DNA of 64,000 nucleotides, taken from the NCBI GenBank assembly GCA_965116495.1, contig OZ220696.1, forward strand, positions 1,280,001 to 1,344,000. The letters run 5' to 3'. This DNA comes from Gammaproteobacteria bacterium. GTDB taxonomy: Bacteria; Pseudomonadota; Gammaproteobacteria; Eutrophobiales; Eutrophobiaceae. The notes under the pieces are model-generated. The model was not told where the DNA came from. It ran no database searches and was given only the letters and a program-made list of their open reading frames with translations. The number at the start of each line of letters is the position of its first letter. Position 1 is the stretch's first letter. The position numbers and the translations under genes are program-made. Positions 1 to 9,897 of this stretch are shown here, one piece after another.

Positions 1-49
1 ATTGGTTATTGTCATTGGTTTTTACTCGGTGGATATTCCGGTTACTGGC

Positions 50-412
50 TCACTTGACAGTAATGTAAACTTCGCCATCTATTACTGTGACGGGATACAC
101 CTTGACTGGCTCCGTACAGGGTAAGGCAACAGGTTCGCCAGTGCGGATATCGAACTTGCCTTCATGCCATGTGCACTCGATAATGTGTCCTTCCAGGTAA
201 CCCTCATCACCCAGTGATGCCTTGCCATGAGTGCAGAAGTCATCGCTGACATAAATTTCATCTCCCTGGACACGGTAAACCGCGAGGGCAGACAGTTCTT
301 CACCTTCTACTTCAACCTGTAAAGTATCTTCTTCATCGACGTCCTCAACTGCGCACACGCGCACGAGGCGCGTTTTTGCAGCGGATGTCGTTTTCATGTC
401 GTCGTCAGTCAT
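50..412 (-). CDS. Rieske-type [2Fe-2S] ferredoxin of an aromatic dioxygenase system
   Basis: CTH...CTWH Rieske ligands and FDIRTG motif; start set to ATG 412 after a GAGAGG RBS. Confidence 0.9.
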   Translation of the reverse strand: MTDDDMKTTSAAKTRLVRVCAVEDVDEEDTLQVEVEGEELSALAVYRVQGDEIYVSDDFCTHGKASLGDEGYLEGHIIECTWHEGKFDIRTGEPVALPCTEPVKVYPVTVIDGEVYITVK

Positions 413-441
413 CAGGTTGTCCTCTCTCACGCATTTCCTGT

Positions 442-1434
442 TTACAGTGACAGGAGTTGCTTTGCGTTTTCATGAGTGACCAGCGCACTTTCACTGGCTG
501 ACAGGCCAGCCCGGGACAGGAACCCGGGAAGATCTTTCTGCCCAATCTCGGTAGGTCCGTCGGTCCCTGCAACAAAACGACCTGCTCCCAGCCGGCGTAC
601 CAGGTAACCCAGATAGTCGGAACTGAATGTCACCGTGTCATAGTAAAACCGTTTGGCATACTCCAGGGGTCTGATGTCTCCATTTACTTTCATCACGTCG
701 AACTTGTTCCAGACCATATCGAAACGATCCAGGACCGCGCCGATACCACCGCCTCCGTGGCTGAAAACAAGCTTCAAGCGCGGAAAGCTCCCTAAAATGT
801 CAGTCATGATAAAAGAGCCAATTAACGCTGTTGTCTCATGGGGCACACCCAGCACCGGTCCCATAAGCGGAGAACCCAGCAGCCTGTCCAGAGATCCCGG
901 TTTGATCCCATGGATAAACAGGACAAGACCAAGATCTTCCGCTGTTTCAAAAACGGGATAGAAACGCTCATCGGCCAGTGAGCAACCATTGATATGGCTG
1001 CCCAGGTGAACGCCCTTCAGACCGTGTTCGGAATGAAGACGTTCCAGTTGTCCAACCGCTTGCTGAGGATCCTGCATCGCAATGCAGCCAAGCCCCTGGA
1101 AACGATCCGGCGCCTTTCGCACCATGTTTCCCACGAATTCATTCATAAAGTCCGTAAGGACTACGGCAGCGTCAGCATCCAGCCAGTAGGAAAGCAACTC
1201 AGGCAGGGGCGATAACAACTCCATGTCAATGCCATTATTTCCCATTTGCTCAACGCGTGCGTCCACATCCCAGTAAAAACTCTCGAACTTTCGATATTCC
1301 TTGCCATTAATAATCATGCTGGACAGGCTTTCATTAACAGGCGCCATCTCAGGCCAGGCCGGCTCACTCACACCACCGGGCCGAGCAGGATAACTGTCCG
1401 GTACAATGTGTGCGTGAAAATCGATGATGGTCAT
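442..1434 (-). CDS. Amidohydrolase_2 family protein, ACMSD-like non-oxidative decarboxylase
   Basis: N-terminal DFHAH metal motif, FIHG, SHGGG, YYDT, GTD. Confidence 0.8.
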   Translation of the reverse strand: MTIIDFHAHIVPDSYPARPGGVSEPAWPEMAPVNESLSSMIINGKEYRKFESFYWDVDARVEQMGNNGIDMELLSPLPELLSYWLDADAAVVLTDFMNEFVGNMVRKAPDRFQGLGCIAMQDPQQAVGQLERLHSEHGLKGVHLGSHINGCSLADERFYPVFETAEDLGLVLFIHGIKPGSLDRLLGSPLMGPVLGVPHETTALIGSFIMTDILGSFPRLKLVFSHGGGGIGAVLDRFDMVWNKFDVMKVNGDIRPLEYAKRFYYDTVTFSSDYLGYLVRRLGAGRFVAGTDGPTEIGQKDLPGFLSRAGLSASESALVTHENAKQLLSL

Positions 1435-1474
1435 GCCTGGCTTCCCCTGTCCGATGAATTGACTAAGTCTCTAA

Positions 1475-1490
1475 TATAGCGCATGCTATA
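1475..1490. promoter_or_regulatory. Palindromic operator TATAGC-N4-GCTATA (putative TetR site)
   Basis: TATAGCGCATGCTATA in the divergent intergenic region; the motif recurs at other island promoters. Confidence 0.75.
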
Positions 1491-1532
1491 CAAATTACGC
1501 AAGCCATAAAATCGGAATGTCATTATCCGACA

Positions 1533-2720
1533 ATGAGTAAAGTATTGAATAACATACGAGTGATAGATATCACCAGGTATGTGGCGGGTCCTATTTGCGC
1601 AGCCCAGTTGGCTGATCTCGGCGCTGAAGTGATTCACATCGAAAATGTGGGTGGCAGTGAAGACCGCACCCCATTGCCATTTGATCCGGATTATCCCGCC
1701 GGTGTGGGCTTCGTGCAGTGCAATCGCAACAAAAAAAGCCTTGGTCTCGATCTCGCCTGCCAGGAAGGAAGGGATATACTTTACAGGCTTGTGGGGAATA
1801 CCGATATCCTGGTGGCAAATATGCCCGGCAAAGCAATGGCCCGCCTGGGAATTGACTACGACACAATTCGAGGCATCAAAGCGGATATTATCTTTACCCA
1901 CGTGACTACCTTCGGTAATGAAGGACCATACGCCGACCGTACGGGATTTGATGCCATCGCCCAGGTCATGTCCGGCGCTACCTATCTTTCCGGCTGGCCG
2001 GAAGAACCTATGAAGAATGCGGCTGCCTGGGTTGACATGACAACAGGAAACCATGCAGTGACGGGCATTCTTGCTGCGCTTCTTCACCGGCAGAAAACAG
2101 GAAACGGACAAAAAGTTGAAGTCAATCTGCTGCAATCGGCCATGTCCATCATCAATTACTTCCTGATCGAGGAAGAACTCACCGGTATGGGCCGGACCGG
2201 AATAGGAAACCGCGCGCCATCAGGCGCCCCCTGTGACCTGATCAAAACCCGGGACGGCGCTTTTTATATTGCCATCCTCGGGCAGCCTATGTTCAAACGC
2301 TTCAGTAAAATGATCGGTCAACCCGAACTGTCCGAAGAACCCCGGTTCGCCACGGATGAACTGCGGGCAGACAATGGTGTTGAACTCAGCGGGCTGGCCG
2401 CCGGCTGGGCCGCAGATAAATCGACTGACGAGTGTCTGGACATACTGGCTGAGTTTCGAATTCCGGCAGGGCCGATGTTGAGTCCGCGCCAGGCCCTGGA
2501 CGACCCCCATGTTCAATCAGCCGGATTCCTGCACAAGGTAAATGTGCCGGGCATTAAAAAACCCGTGCCTTATATCATGCCGCCTTACCGACTCAGCGAC
2601 GCACCTGCAACCATTGAAAACGGACCGCCGCTTCCGGGCGAGCATACAGACGAAATACTGGCAGAGCTGGGATACTCGGGCGAAGAAATCGCCGGCTTAC
2701 GGAACCGGGCCGTGGTTTAG
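1533..2720 (+). CDS. CaiB/BaiF family (class III) CoA transferase
   Basis: RVIDITRYVAGP, LADLGAEVI, NRNKKSL, GFDAIAQ, PPLPGEHT. Confidence 0.92.
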   Translation: MSKVLNNIRVIDITRYVAGPICAAQLADLGAEVIHIENVGGSEDRTPLPFDPDYPAGVGFVQCNRNKKSLGLDLACQEGRDILYRLVGNTDILVANMPGKAMARLGIDYDTIRGIKADIIFTHVTTFGNEGPYADRTGFDAIAQVMSGATYLSGWPEEPMKNAAAWVDMTTGNHAVTGILAALLHRQKTGNGQKVEVNLLQSAMSIINYFLIEEELTGMGRTGIGNRAPSGAPCDLIKTRDGAFYIAILGQPMFKRFSKMIGQPELSEEPRFATDELRADNGVELSGLAAGWAADKSTDECLDILAEFRIPAGPMLSPRQALDDPHVQSAGFLHKVNVPGIKKPVPYIMPPYRLSDAPATIENGPPLPGEHTDEILAELGYSGEEIAGLRNRAVV

Positions 2721-2844
2721 CGGTAATAATTTTGTTAAGTCTCACCCAAGGAAAATCACCAATGAGCTTACAAAATAAGGTAATAATCATAACCTATAGT
2801 AGACCGTCTCCACGGAAACTCTGAGACTTAATCCCAGAGATTCC

Positions 2845-3345
2845 CTAGATGATAATTGTCATCTGCCCCGCATCATTGAGGCTGTTAAGGTCCAGGGCAA
2901 TGCGTTTACTCTTGATCCTGATGTCGGTCCCCTCCCGCACCAGCACATAACGCATCTCACCCATAAAATTCGTGGTTTTATCGTTGCCGGTGCGGTATAC
3001 CACGACATTCGCCCGGACCCTGGTTTCACTACCCCGGGTACCGGCAATTCGAACATTGGTGTACAGGTGTCGCGTTTTGGAATGTGGATACTCACAGTGT
3101 GCGGCACGCTTCATCAGGCGAACAGCCCTTGCGTCAATCCGGCTTTTCTTATCGGCAAGCACGAACAGCGACCTGGCTGGATCGGCATTAAAAGGATCTT
3201 CACAGTCAGTTGATGCGACTTCATAACTGCTGTCATCTGAATATAGCTCTTTCCAGTCCAGCAAACGCCAATCATCCAGTAGCTCAGCTTCGTAGTAAAG
3301 GAAGTCTTCTGCTTCCTGGCGGGTAATCATATGATTCTGCGACAT
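2845..3345 (-). CDS. Aromatic ring-hydroxylating dioxygenase beta subunit
   Basis: FLYYEAELLDDW and PHSKTRHLYTNV motifs; directly downstream of the alpha subunit. Confidence 0.9.
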   Translation of the reverse strand: MSQNHMITRQEAEDFLYYEAELLDDWRLLDWKELYSDDSSYEVASTDCEDPFNADPARSLFVLADKKSRIDARAVRLMKRAAHCEYPHSKTRHLYTNVRIAGTRGSETRVRANVVVYRTGNDKTTNFMGEMRYVLVREGTDIRIKSKRIALDLNSLNDAGQMTIII

Positions 3346-3362
3346 ATTTTACTCCTGATGGC

Positions 3363-4691
3363 TTATATCTGCTGTTCGAGGCTCACAGCGCCGCGCATCA
3401 GCATGTCCCATTGTGTCCAGTATCCCTGCATATGGGTCTCGTCGTCCGTCATGCCGGATGCAACACGCAGGTCGTCGACGCCCTGCATACCCTTGGATAA
3501 TTCGGTCCACTCTGTCGGGCAGGCAGTTATGGATTTCTGGGCGCTGTTCAACATTGAACCATCGTCCGGGGACCCAAACCCGGAAGGGCCCAGGAAGGAC
3601 ACAAAATTGTCCAGCCGAATTTCCTTCAATTCATCGGATTCTTCCTTTGGCGCCAGGCACCAGGCATTGACTTTCATGGCGGTAGGCGAAACCGGCTCGA
3701 TAACCCGAATGGTCAGGGCTAATATGTCGTTGATGACGAGATTGGGAAATATCACCGAGTTTTTTTGCATATCGCAAATGTAGTCGGCCCTTTCCTGACC
3801 AAGCTGATCGGTCAACCGTTGCCTGTTGGCGCCGATCTCCTTCTTTATGTCCGGACCCCATTCCTCGATCCAGTAACCGACGGGACGTCCGGTCGGCACA
3901 TTAGATGACAACAGGAAATGTCCGTTGCCCATGGCATACGCCCCGCCCTTCTCCTGGAAGTTGGCCATCTTTGCGAAGACCCCGGATTCCTTGGTGCCGC
4001 TGTATTTATCGGCAAGAAACTCAAGATAGGTCTGGTGTACGGGACCAAGGTGATAACCGTCCGCGCTGTTTTCTATCAGGAATTTGTAATTTGCATTGAT
4101 CGAATAGGCGTGCTCACCCGGCAATATGATCATTTCTTCCGCCGACTGGGCATTTATCGAGTCCAGCAAGTCTCTGACCTGTTCACCAAGGAAATCGTAG
4201 AGCGATATGGCATTGTCGTTAAAGTTTACGAAGTTGAGGCCACCGTATTCCTCTACTCGCACACGGGGCAGGTCCAGGTGCCCATCTGCGTTGATATCTT
4301 CCGGATAGCCTGTCTCGGTATTCATCGATTTCAGCTTTCCTTCCGTATCGTATACCCACCCGTGATATCGACAGGAGTGTACCTTGCTATTACCTTTTCT
4401 ATCCCAGCAGACAGCCGCGCCACGATGGGTACAGGTATTGTAGAAGGCCACCAGTTCCCCCTTCCGGCTGTGCTGGAATATCAGGTTTCGTCCCATGACC
4501 GTGCGGGTCAGGAAATCGCCCTTATTGGGAATTTCGGAGCGGTGCCCCAGATACAACCAGCATTTGTCGAATATCAGCGCCTTCTCCATTTCAAACACTT
4601 CCTGGCTGTAATATGCTTCTCTGTTGATACGGAAGGTCCTGCAGTCTCTGTCAACCTCTATCAGCGACTTTTGCATGGCTTTGGTATTCAC
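3363..4691 (-). CDS. Aromatic ring-hydroxylating dioxygenase alpha subunit (p-cumate/benzoate dioxygenase-like)
   Basis: Rieske NTCTHRG...CRYHGW, mononuclear Fe DGYH..VH, IFPNL, FLGPSGFGSPDD. Confidence 0.92.
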   Translation of the reverse strand: MNTKAMQKSLIEVDRDCRTFRINREAYYSQEVFEMEKALIFDKCWLYLGHRSEIPNKGDFLTRTVMGRNLIFQHSRKGELVAFYNTCTHRGAAVCWDRKGNSKVHSCRYHGWVYDTEGKLKSMNTETGYPEDINADGHLDLPRVRVEEYGGLNFVNFNDNAISLYDFLGEQVRDLLDSINAQSAEEMIILPGEHAYSINANYKFLIENSADGYHLGPVHQTYLEFLADKYSGTKESGVFAKMANFQEKGGAYAMGNGHFLLSSNVPTGRPVGYWIEEWGPDIKKEIGANRQRLTDQLGQERADYICDMQKNSVIFPNLVINDILALTIRVIEPVSPTAMKVNAWCLAPKEESDELKEIRLDNFVSFLGPSGFGSPDDGSMLNSAQKSITACPTEWTELSKGMQGVDDLRVASGMTDDETHMQGYWTQWDMLMRGAVSLEQQI

Positions 4692-4714
4692 GGTTTGATT
4701 ACCTTCTTTTCGAT

Positions 4715-5641
4715 TTATTCATCTGGACCGGCTGTGACTATATTTCCCGACTTTCCAAAAGCTTCATGGGGCCTGGCTCCCCAGAGATCATAATCCTCCG
4801 GGGCAGGGGACATATAGCGGGCGCGCCGGTAATTTTGCTCGGGAAACTGTTCCATACCCTGCGAATATTCCCAGGACATCCCATCAGGATCATGTATATA
4901 AGTGTGGACACTACCCGACGTGGGGTGTCGCCCGATACCAAAGCCAACGGTAATCCCGCTGTTCTTGGCTCGATTGTAGAATCGACCTATGTCATCGATT
5001 GTCTTGACCTTCCAGGCCACATGGTTAAAACCGGGCGGACCGCCGAATGTGGGCAAGAACGCAAACGTATGATGGTGCGGTATGGGGTATGCCCGGACCA
5101 GCGTGCCGATGTAATCACCCAGGATATCCGATACGACAAACCCCATGTTCTCCACCGCGAATTCGGTACTGGCCTTCACGTCCGGGACGTTTACAGCCGA
5201 ATGAAGAAACCCCTCAAACTCGGTACCCCGGATAGGCAATGGTGAGGAAATCTTCAACATATCGGAATAATATTCGAAGCAAATGCCCGCAGTGGGTTCC
5301 CGTACGCGAAAGACCGGATTAAGGCCCAGGCCCAGCACCTGGCTCTCTTCCTTCGAAAGCCATTTTGGTTTGAGCCCGATACTTTCATAATGACGACAGG
5401 CCTTTTGCACATCCTCCTCAGATTCCATTTCCCAGGCATGTCGAACAAAACCGGGTTGGTCATTCTGGTGCAGCACGACATCGTGGTGTTGTGGCCCGCT
5501 GCGAAAAAAACGCTCTCCACCCGGTCCTTCTCCCGCGGGACTTATCCAGAATATATTGGTAAGAAATTCGCTGGTTCGATCCAGGTCCGTGACATTAAGT
5601 ACCGTATAACCCGGTTTACCGTATCTGAAATCTACCGTCAT
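4715..5641 (-). CDS. VOC-fold extradiol ring-cleavage dioxygenase (CmtC-like, 2,3-dihydroxy-aryl-carboxylate type)
   Basis: Two VOC domains, HHTFA, FNHVAW, GRHPTSGS..Y..DPDG..WEYS. Confidence 0.85.
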   Translation of the reverse strand: MTVDFRYGKPGYTVLNVTDLDRTSEFLTNIFWISPAGEGPGGERFFRSGPQHHDVVLHQNDQPGFVRHAWEMESEEDVQKACRHYESIGLKPKWLSKEESQVLGLGLNPVFRVREPTAGICFEYYSDMLKISSPLPIRGTEFEGFLHSAVNVPDVKASTEFAVENMGFVVSDILGDYIGTLVRAYPIPHHHTFAFLPTFGGPPGFNHVAWKVKTIDDIGRFYNRAKNSGITVGFGIGRHPTSGSVHTYIHDPDGMSWEYSQGMEQFPEQNYRRARYMSPAPEDYDLWGARPHEAFGKSGNIVTAGPDE

Positions 5642-5694
5642 GGTTTTGCCCTCTTAATTAGTTTTAGTTACATTTTGTTCAATAAGGTCTTTCA

Positions 5695-6825
5695 TTACAG
5701 CGATTTTGCGATGGATATTTTGCCGATCTCGGTCGTACCGGCGTAAATAGTCTGCAACCGTGCATTGGTATAGATTCGCGATATAGTGTACTCGTCCATA
5801 TAACCGGCGCCCCCATGTAACTGCAGGCACTCATTGGCCACTCGCTGTTCCATCTCACAGATCCAGGTTTTTGCCATGGTAGCAATGTTTAAATCAAGTT
5901 CTGAATTGGCATAACGCACCAGGCAGGCGTTTAAAAAATCGCGGCCGACCGTAAGATCGGTCTTCATTTCCGCCAGCTTGAACTGAGTATTCTGAAATTC
6001 GAAAACCGTTTTACCAAATGCTTTTCGGTTCTTTACAAAATCCAGTGTCAGGTCGAATGCCAGTTCCGCGGCCGCCAGAGACCTTGCTGCAAGTTGTATA
6101 CGATCCAGAGCGAATGTAGACAACAGGACTTTGAATGCACCATTTTCCCTGCCAAGCATGTCATCCGCACTCACGCGCACATCATCGAGGAAAATCTCGC
6201 CCACGGGATAGAGGGCGGCCCCCATTAATTTCAACGGCCGGATATCAACACCCCTGGTACGTGTATCAACCAGGAAAATACTCATATCATGTGGGCCAGT
6301 GGCTGCCTCCGTCTTCACCACCACATAGAGCAAATCAGCAATCGGCGCATTACTGATATAGGTTTTATTGCCATTGATGACAAACTCATCGCCGTCTCGT
6401 CGCGCTGTGGCAGTAATGCCCGACACGTCGCTACCCGCCCCCGGCTCAGTTAAACCGAGTGCCTGAATAGCATCACCGGACAGTATCCTGGGGCACCACT
6501 CGGCCTTCTGTTCATGTGTACCGAAATGTACCAGCAGATGCGAAGCAATATCGCTGGTGAACGATGCGCCTAAAATCGCGCCACAGGGGTAGTGTCCCAG
6601 TTCCTCGGACAGAATGATGTTAAAGAGGTCATCTCCGCCAGGCCCGCCATACTCTTCCGGGATACATATACCGAGTAGTCCTGCATCGGCAGCTTTGTTC
6701 CATATGTCCCTGTCAACACTCCCCTGTTCCTCCCAGGCTTTCAATCTGGGCTCCATCTCCTTTTCGATGAACTTCCTGACGGTATCGCGAAAAATATTAT
6801 GCTCGTGAGTGAAGATAGAGTTCAT
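5695..6825 (-). CDS. Acyl-CoA dehydrogenase (long-chain type)
   Basis: LTEPGAGSD, INGNKTYISN, QLHGGAGY, IYAGTTEI; start set to ATG 6825. Confidence 0.92.
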   Translation of the reverse strand: MNSIFTHEHNIFRDTVRKFIEKEMEPRLKAWEEQGSVDRDIWNKAADAGLLGICIPEEYGGPGGDDLFNIILSEELGHYPCGAILGASFTSDIASHLLVHFGTHEQKAEWCPRILSGDAIQALGLTEPGAGSDVSGITATARRDGDEFVINGNKTYISNAPIADLLYVVVKTEAATGPHDMSIFLVDTRTRGVDIRPLKLMGAALYPVGEIFLDDVRVSADDMLGRENGAFKVLLSTFALDRIQLAARSLAAAELAFDLTLDFVKNRKAFGKTVFEFQNTQFKLAEMKTDLTVGRDFLNACLVRYANSELDLNIATMAKTWICEMEQRVANECLQLHGGAGYMDEYTISRIYTNARLQTIYAGTTEIGKISIAKSL

Positions 6826-6868
6826 TTTATATCCCCGCATTTAACAATAGATGCAGTTCACGATATTA

Positions 6869-6884
6869 TGTAGCATTTGCTATA
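6869..6884. promoter_or_regulatory. Palindromic operator (putative TetR site)
   Basis: TGTAGCATTTGCTATA upstream of the ACAD-dioxygenase operon. Confidence 0.7.
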
Positions 6885-6998
6885 TTAAATCAACACCCGT
6901 GAGGCACACCCGTGAGGCGCCGATACCAGCACAGCAGGGATTTTCAGCCCGTGAAAAACGTGAAGACAGGAATAAAAATGCAGATTTAATCCGGAAAG

Positions 6999-7670
6999 CT
7001 ATTCCCTGAGGACCGTGCTCGCAATATAGTCAAGAAAAGCTTCCCTTTCCCGTTTGGAATCGGCTTTTCGCCGAAATGGATAATCGGTTAGTTGTCTTTT
7101 AGCCGGGCTCATCAATACGAAACCAAGAATCCCGCTCATGAGAATGATCGGCGCAGGCCCGTCGCCACCGGCTGGACGGATCTCATTCATTAAATCGGCC
7201 AGCGCCCTGTGAACTGGTTTCATGGAGACACCAACCAGAAATTTATGGTTGACCGCGCTTGGGTCGAGCATGTTGCGTACGGCGATATGCCGAAAATTAA
7301 CGTCCTTCAACAACGCATCGTACATTTCGGAGACGAAGGAGCGTAATCTTTCTTCAGGATCGCCCTTGCCTTCCAATGCGTTGAGCAGGCGCTCACGTAA
7401 TGCGCCGTAGATCTCGGCTTCGACCTCGCGGTACAATTTTTCCTTATCGCCAAAATAGTGATACAGGGTTGGCATGGACAGGTTTGTCGCGGATGAGATA
7501 TCGCGAACTGTTACACGGTCAAAGCCTTCCTTGGCAAACAACCGGGTAGCTTCTTTAAGAATATAATCCCGTGTACTCAATCCGCCACTGTGCATTTGCC
7601 TGGCTTTTGCGGTTTTACGCTTAGCGCCCCTGATTTTTGTTGCATTTGTTTCGTTTGATGTCTTAGTCAT
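6999..7670 (-). CDS. TetR/AcrR family transcriptional regulator
   Basis: ILKEATRLFAKEGFDRVTVRDIS...LYHYFGDKEKLY HTH. Confidence 0.92.
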   Translation of the reverse strand: MTKTSNETNATKIRGAKRKTAKARQMHSGGLSTRDYILKEATRLFAKEGFDRVTVRDISSATNLSMPTLYHYFGDKEKLYREVEAEIYGALRERLLNALEGKGDPEERLRSFVSEMYDALLKDVNFRHIAVRNMLDPSAVNHKFLVGVSMKPVHRALADLMNEIRPAGGDGPAPIILMSGILGFVLMSPAKRQLTDYPFRRKADSKREREAFLDYIASTVLRE

Positions 7671-7823
7671 GTTTATCTTATGTATGCAACGTTCAACTAC
7701 AACATTGCCCTCCTTCGGTGATGATCAGAATTGTTCGGACACAAGCCGACTAGATATCACGAACAATCTATGTTGATCAAACTAGCTATTATATAGCAAG
7801 CTATGTGATATAGAAGACTTGAC

Positions 7824-8678
7824 TCAGATACCGGCAGCCGCAAATCCATTCGAGATGACTATCCTGTCCCGCTCCCTGACTCTGGCTTGAAAAGATACCC
7901 CCCCTTCGTTCATCCAACCCTGTACCTGCAAGGTTTCTCCCGGCAGTACCGGAGCACTGAAGCGCAAATCCAGTGATTTCATACGCGCGCTATCATAACC
8001 GAATGCCCTGCGTAATAATGAGTAACCACAAATGCCATAAGTACATAAGCCATGAAGAATAGGAACATCAAAACCGGCTTTCCTGGCAATGTCCGGATCG
8101 GCGTGGATTGGGTTTCTGTCTCCATTCAAGCGATAAAGCAACGCAGCCCGTTTGTCGATCGGCAATTCATCATTGAAATCGGGGGCCCTGTCCGGCACGT
8201 TTGCAAGCGGTTCCGGCGCTTCACCGAAACTGCCTGAACCTCCATCACCTCTCAGGAACAGGGTTGATGAAACCGTACAAAGGTGATCGCCGGTTCCATT
8301 ATCCGAGAGTATCTTGTCAAAGTAGACCAGCGCCCCTTTGTCCTCCCCTTTATCAACCACTGCCCTGATACGGTATTCGCCGCGTAACTCGCCTGACGGC
8401 GGCAGGGGCCGGGTGTATCGTGCCCGCTGTTCACCATGGAGCAGCTTTACGAAATTCACTTCAAATTTTTTATCGGCAATCCATGCGCCCGGATGCGCCA
8501 ATACCGCGCTCACACTCGGAATCACCCGCAGGTTCTTCTCGTATACAAACGGCAACTCATTCTCATCAAGGGGATCGTCACAGACACCCAGGCTGAGTGC
8601 ATACAGCATCACATCACGGTCAGTATAAGGGGTTACGGTAGTCTCAAATACATGGTCACGCAAAGCGTTCAGATTCAT
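7824..8678 (-). CDS. Double hot-dog MaoC-type (R)-enoyl-CoA hydratase (MFE-2 hydratase-like)
   Basis: LHGEQ and YRLNGDRNPIHADP..A..AGF..PILHGLCTYG hydratase-2 motif. Confidence 0.9.
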   Translation of the reverse strand: MNLNALRDHVFETTVTPYTDRDVMLYALSLGVCDDPLDENELPFVYEKNLRVIPSVSAVLAHPGAWIADKKFEVNFVKLLHGEQRARYTRPLPPSGELRGEYRIRAVVDKGEDKGALVYFDKILSDNGTGDHLCTVSSTLFLRGDGGSGSFGEAPEPLANVPDRAPDFNDELPIDKRAALLYRLNGDRNPIHADPDIARKAGFDVPILHGLCTYGICGYSLLRRAFGYDSARMKSLDLRFSAPVLPGETLQVQGWMNEGGVSFQARVRERDRIVISNGFAAAGI

Positions 8679-8708
8679 CGGGTTTTCAATCCTCGGAGAT
8701 GGCTTTAT

Positions 8709-9875
8709 TCAGTATGACCTCGGCAAGTCCAGTTCCTTTTCAGCAATGAAGGACAGGATAAGCTGTTCCGATACGGGTGTGAGCCGTTGCAGCATTGCCT
8801 CCCGCAGCAAACGCTCAACCTGGTACTCCTTTGCGTAACCCATACCACCGTGGGTCAGAACGGCCTGTGTTGCGGTGTCAAATGCAGCGCGACCACCCAG
8901 GAACTTGGCGGCATTGGCATAGGCCCCGCAGGACTTGCCGGAGTCGTAGAGATTGGCCGCCTTCAGCATCATCATCCTGGCGGCCTCAATTTGACACCAG
9001 TTTTCCGCGAGCGGGTGCTGTATGCCCTGGTTCTGCCCTATGACTCGGCCGAATACCTCACGCTCCTGCGCGTAACGCGACGCCCGACGCAGCGCATCCT
9101 CGGCAATACCGACCGCCCCCGCAGCCACAATAATTCGTTCGGGGTTCAGGCTGTGCAGGAGGTAATAAAACCCCTTGCCCTCATCGCCGATCCGATCTCG
9201 CTCCGGTATAAACAGGTCCTCGATAAAAATCGCGTTGGAATCCACTGCGCACCGGCCCATCTTCGGGATCCGCTGGACCTCGATTTTCTCTCGATTCAGC
9301 CTGGTGAAAAATATCGTCATTCCATCGGTAGGCTTGGTACATTCCGCCAGCGGCGTGGTTCGGGTGAGCAGCAGGATGTTATCGGCTTCCTGCGCCGTTG
9401 AAGTCCATAGCTTACTGCCATTGACCACGTAGCCGCCGTCTACTCTCCCGGCAAATGTCGTGATGGCTGTGGTGTTCAGACCCGCATTGGCTTCTGTGAC
9501 ACCAAAACAGGTCTTTTCAGATCCACTGATAAGCGGCGTCAGCATGCGTTCCTTCTGCTCCGGGGTCCCAAGGACCACGATGGGATGTGGTGCGAAGAGG
9601 TTGATCTGCAGGGTGGACATGGCGGCAGCACCACCTCCCCCTTTGGCCACGGCATTCATCATCAATGCTGCTTCTGTTACCCCAAGTCCCGACCCCCCGA
9701 GTTCTTCAGGCATGGTAATGCCCAGCCAACCTCCTTCTGCCATGGCACGGTGAAATTCATGGGGAAATTCGGCCTTTGTGTCTTTCTCGGTCCAGTATTC
9801 ATCATCGAAATCACTACAAACTTTGCCGACGGCATCCTGAATAGCGAGATGTTCTTCAGTCAAATCAAAATCCAT
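8709..9875 (-). CDS. Acyl-CoA dehydrogenase
   Basis: FGVTEANAG, NGSKLWTS, LNPER, THGGMGYAKEY. Confidence 0.9.
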   Translation of the reverse strand: MDFDLTEEHLAIQDAVGKVCSDFDDEYWTEKDTKAEFPHEFHRAMAEGGWLGITMPEELGGSGLGVTEAALMMNAVAKGGGGAAAMSTLQINLFAPHPIVVLGTPEQKERMLTPLISGSEKTCFGVTEANAGLNTTAITTFAGRVDGGYVVNGSKLWTSTAQEADNILLLTRTTPLAECTKPTDGMTIFFTRLNREKIEVQRIPKMGRCAVDSNAIFIEDLFIPERDRIGDEGKGFYYLLHSLNPERIIVAAGAVGIAEDALRRASRYAQEREVFGRVIGQNQGIQHPLAENWCQIEAARMMMLKAANLYDSGKSCGAYANAAKFLGGRAAFDTATQAVLTHGGMGYAKEYQVERLLREAMLQRLTPVSEQLILSFIAEKELDLPRSY

Positions 9876-9897
9876 AGTATTCCCCGGGGCCATAAAC

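Noticed and set aside
2735-2832. 10-bp inverted repeat TTAAGTCTCA/TGAGACTTAA between convergent genes
   Set aside because: Too short and isolated to call a mobile element or terminator
6893-6918. 13-bp tandem duplication CACCCGTGAGGC(A)
   Set aside because: Only two copies and no recurrence noticed elsewhere, so no function can be supported
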